Shown here: in pieces, positions 63,610 to 64,000 of the stretch | How positions within the stretch are numbered: the stretch's first letter is position 1 | How the letters are laid out: every line of letters begins with the position of its first letter | Assembly: GCF_963921235.1 (NCBI RefSeq) | Contig: NC_086097.1 | Span: 41,170,001 to 41,234,000 of the forward strand | DNA: 64,000 nucleotides | DNA from: Mobula hypostoma | Lineage: Eukaryota | Direction of reading: 5' to 3' | Position numbers and translations under genes: made by a program | Notes under the pieces: generated by a model | Databases searched by the model: none | Told to the model about the DNA's origin: nothing | The model's input: only the letters and a program-made list of their open reading frames with translations

Positions 63610-64000
63610 GTCATAGGGTCAAATGGTATGGAGCCAGGCCCTTTGGCCATCATGCCTGTGCTGAACATCAGGTACCAATGTACGTGAATCCTATTTATTT
63701 TAAGCACTTATCTCATGGTTTACAATGCTATTGTGTTTCAGACGCTCATCTTACAAATGTTGTGAGAGTACTTGCTGACACTATTCCTCAGGCAGCGTGC
63801 TCCAGACTCCAACCTCCCTCTGTGTGGGGGAAGAAGAATCCCTTTAAATCTCCTGCCTTGTACCTGAAACATCAATGCCCCCTAGTTTGGCACACCTCTG
63901 CTAAGGGAAAAAACGTTCCTTGCTTTCAAGCCTATAAATCCCCTTCTTGTGTATACTGTATCTTAAACAGGTCCTTTCTCAGTCTTGTGGGTTCCAAAGA
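63610..64000 (-). mobile_element. CR1 3' fragment, old, running off the window
   Basis: 'caggcagcgtgctccagactccaacctccctctg' and 'cccctagttt' resemble antisense CR1 ends elsewhere in the window. Confidence 0.55.

Overview
Repeat-dense eukaryotic DNA, intronic or intergenic. The repeat mix (CR1 and Rex1/Babar LINEs, Penelope-like elements, V-domain-type SINEs, RTE, Gypsy, Tc1, hAT) points to a vertebrate, most likely a cartilaginous fish (ray/shark); this assignment is inference. I could not support any host protein-coding exon; every recognisable ORF is a decayed transposon fragment. Best-supported structures: (1) a complete but disabled 4,465-bp Gypsy element (16200-20664, minus) with 134-bp LTRs, tRNA-Leu PBS, PPT and CCACC TSD; (2) two TSD-bounded RTE LINEs (44215-47580, 51853-55165), the second split by a solo LTR; (3) a solo LTR at 1971-2829; (4) a 5'-truncated Penelope-like element (RT + GIY-YIG) at about 26979-28902; (5) Tc1- and hAT-derived elements that each carry three TIR copies. 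The most notable signal the ORF track misses is a family of minimal hammerhead-ribozyme motifs (CUGANGA-stem II-GAAAC-GUC) in Penelope pseudo-LTRs. It includes a TSD-flanked ~510-bp fold-back element (15491-16004) with one hammerhead motif on each strand. Boundaries without a TSD are approximate, read by eye.
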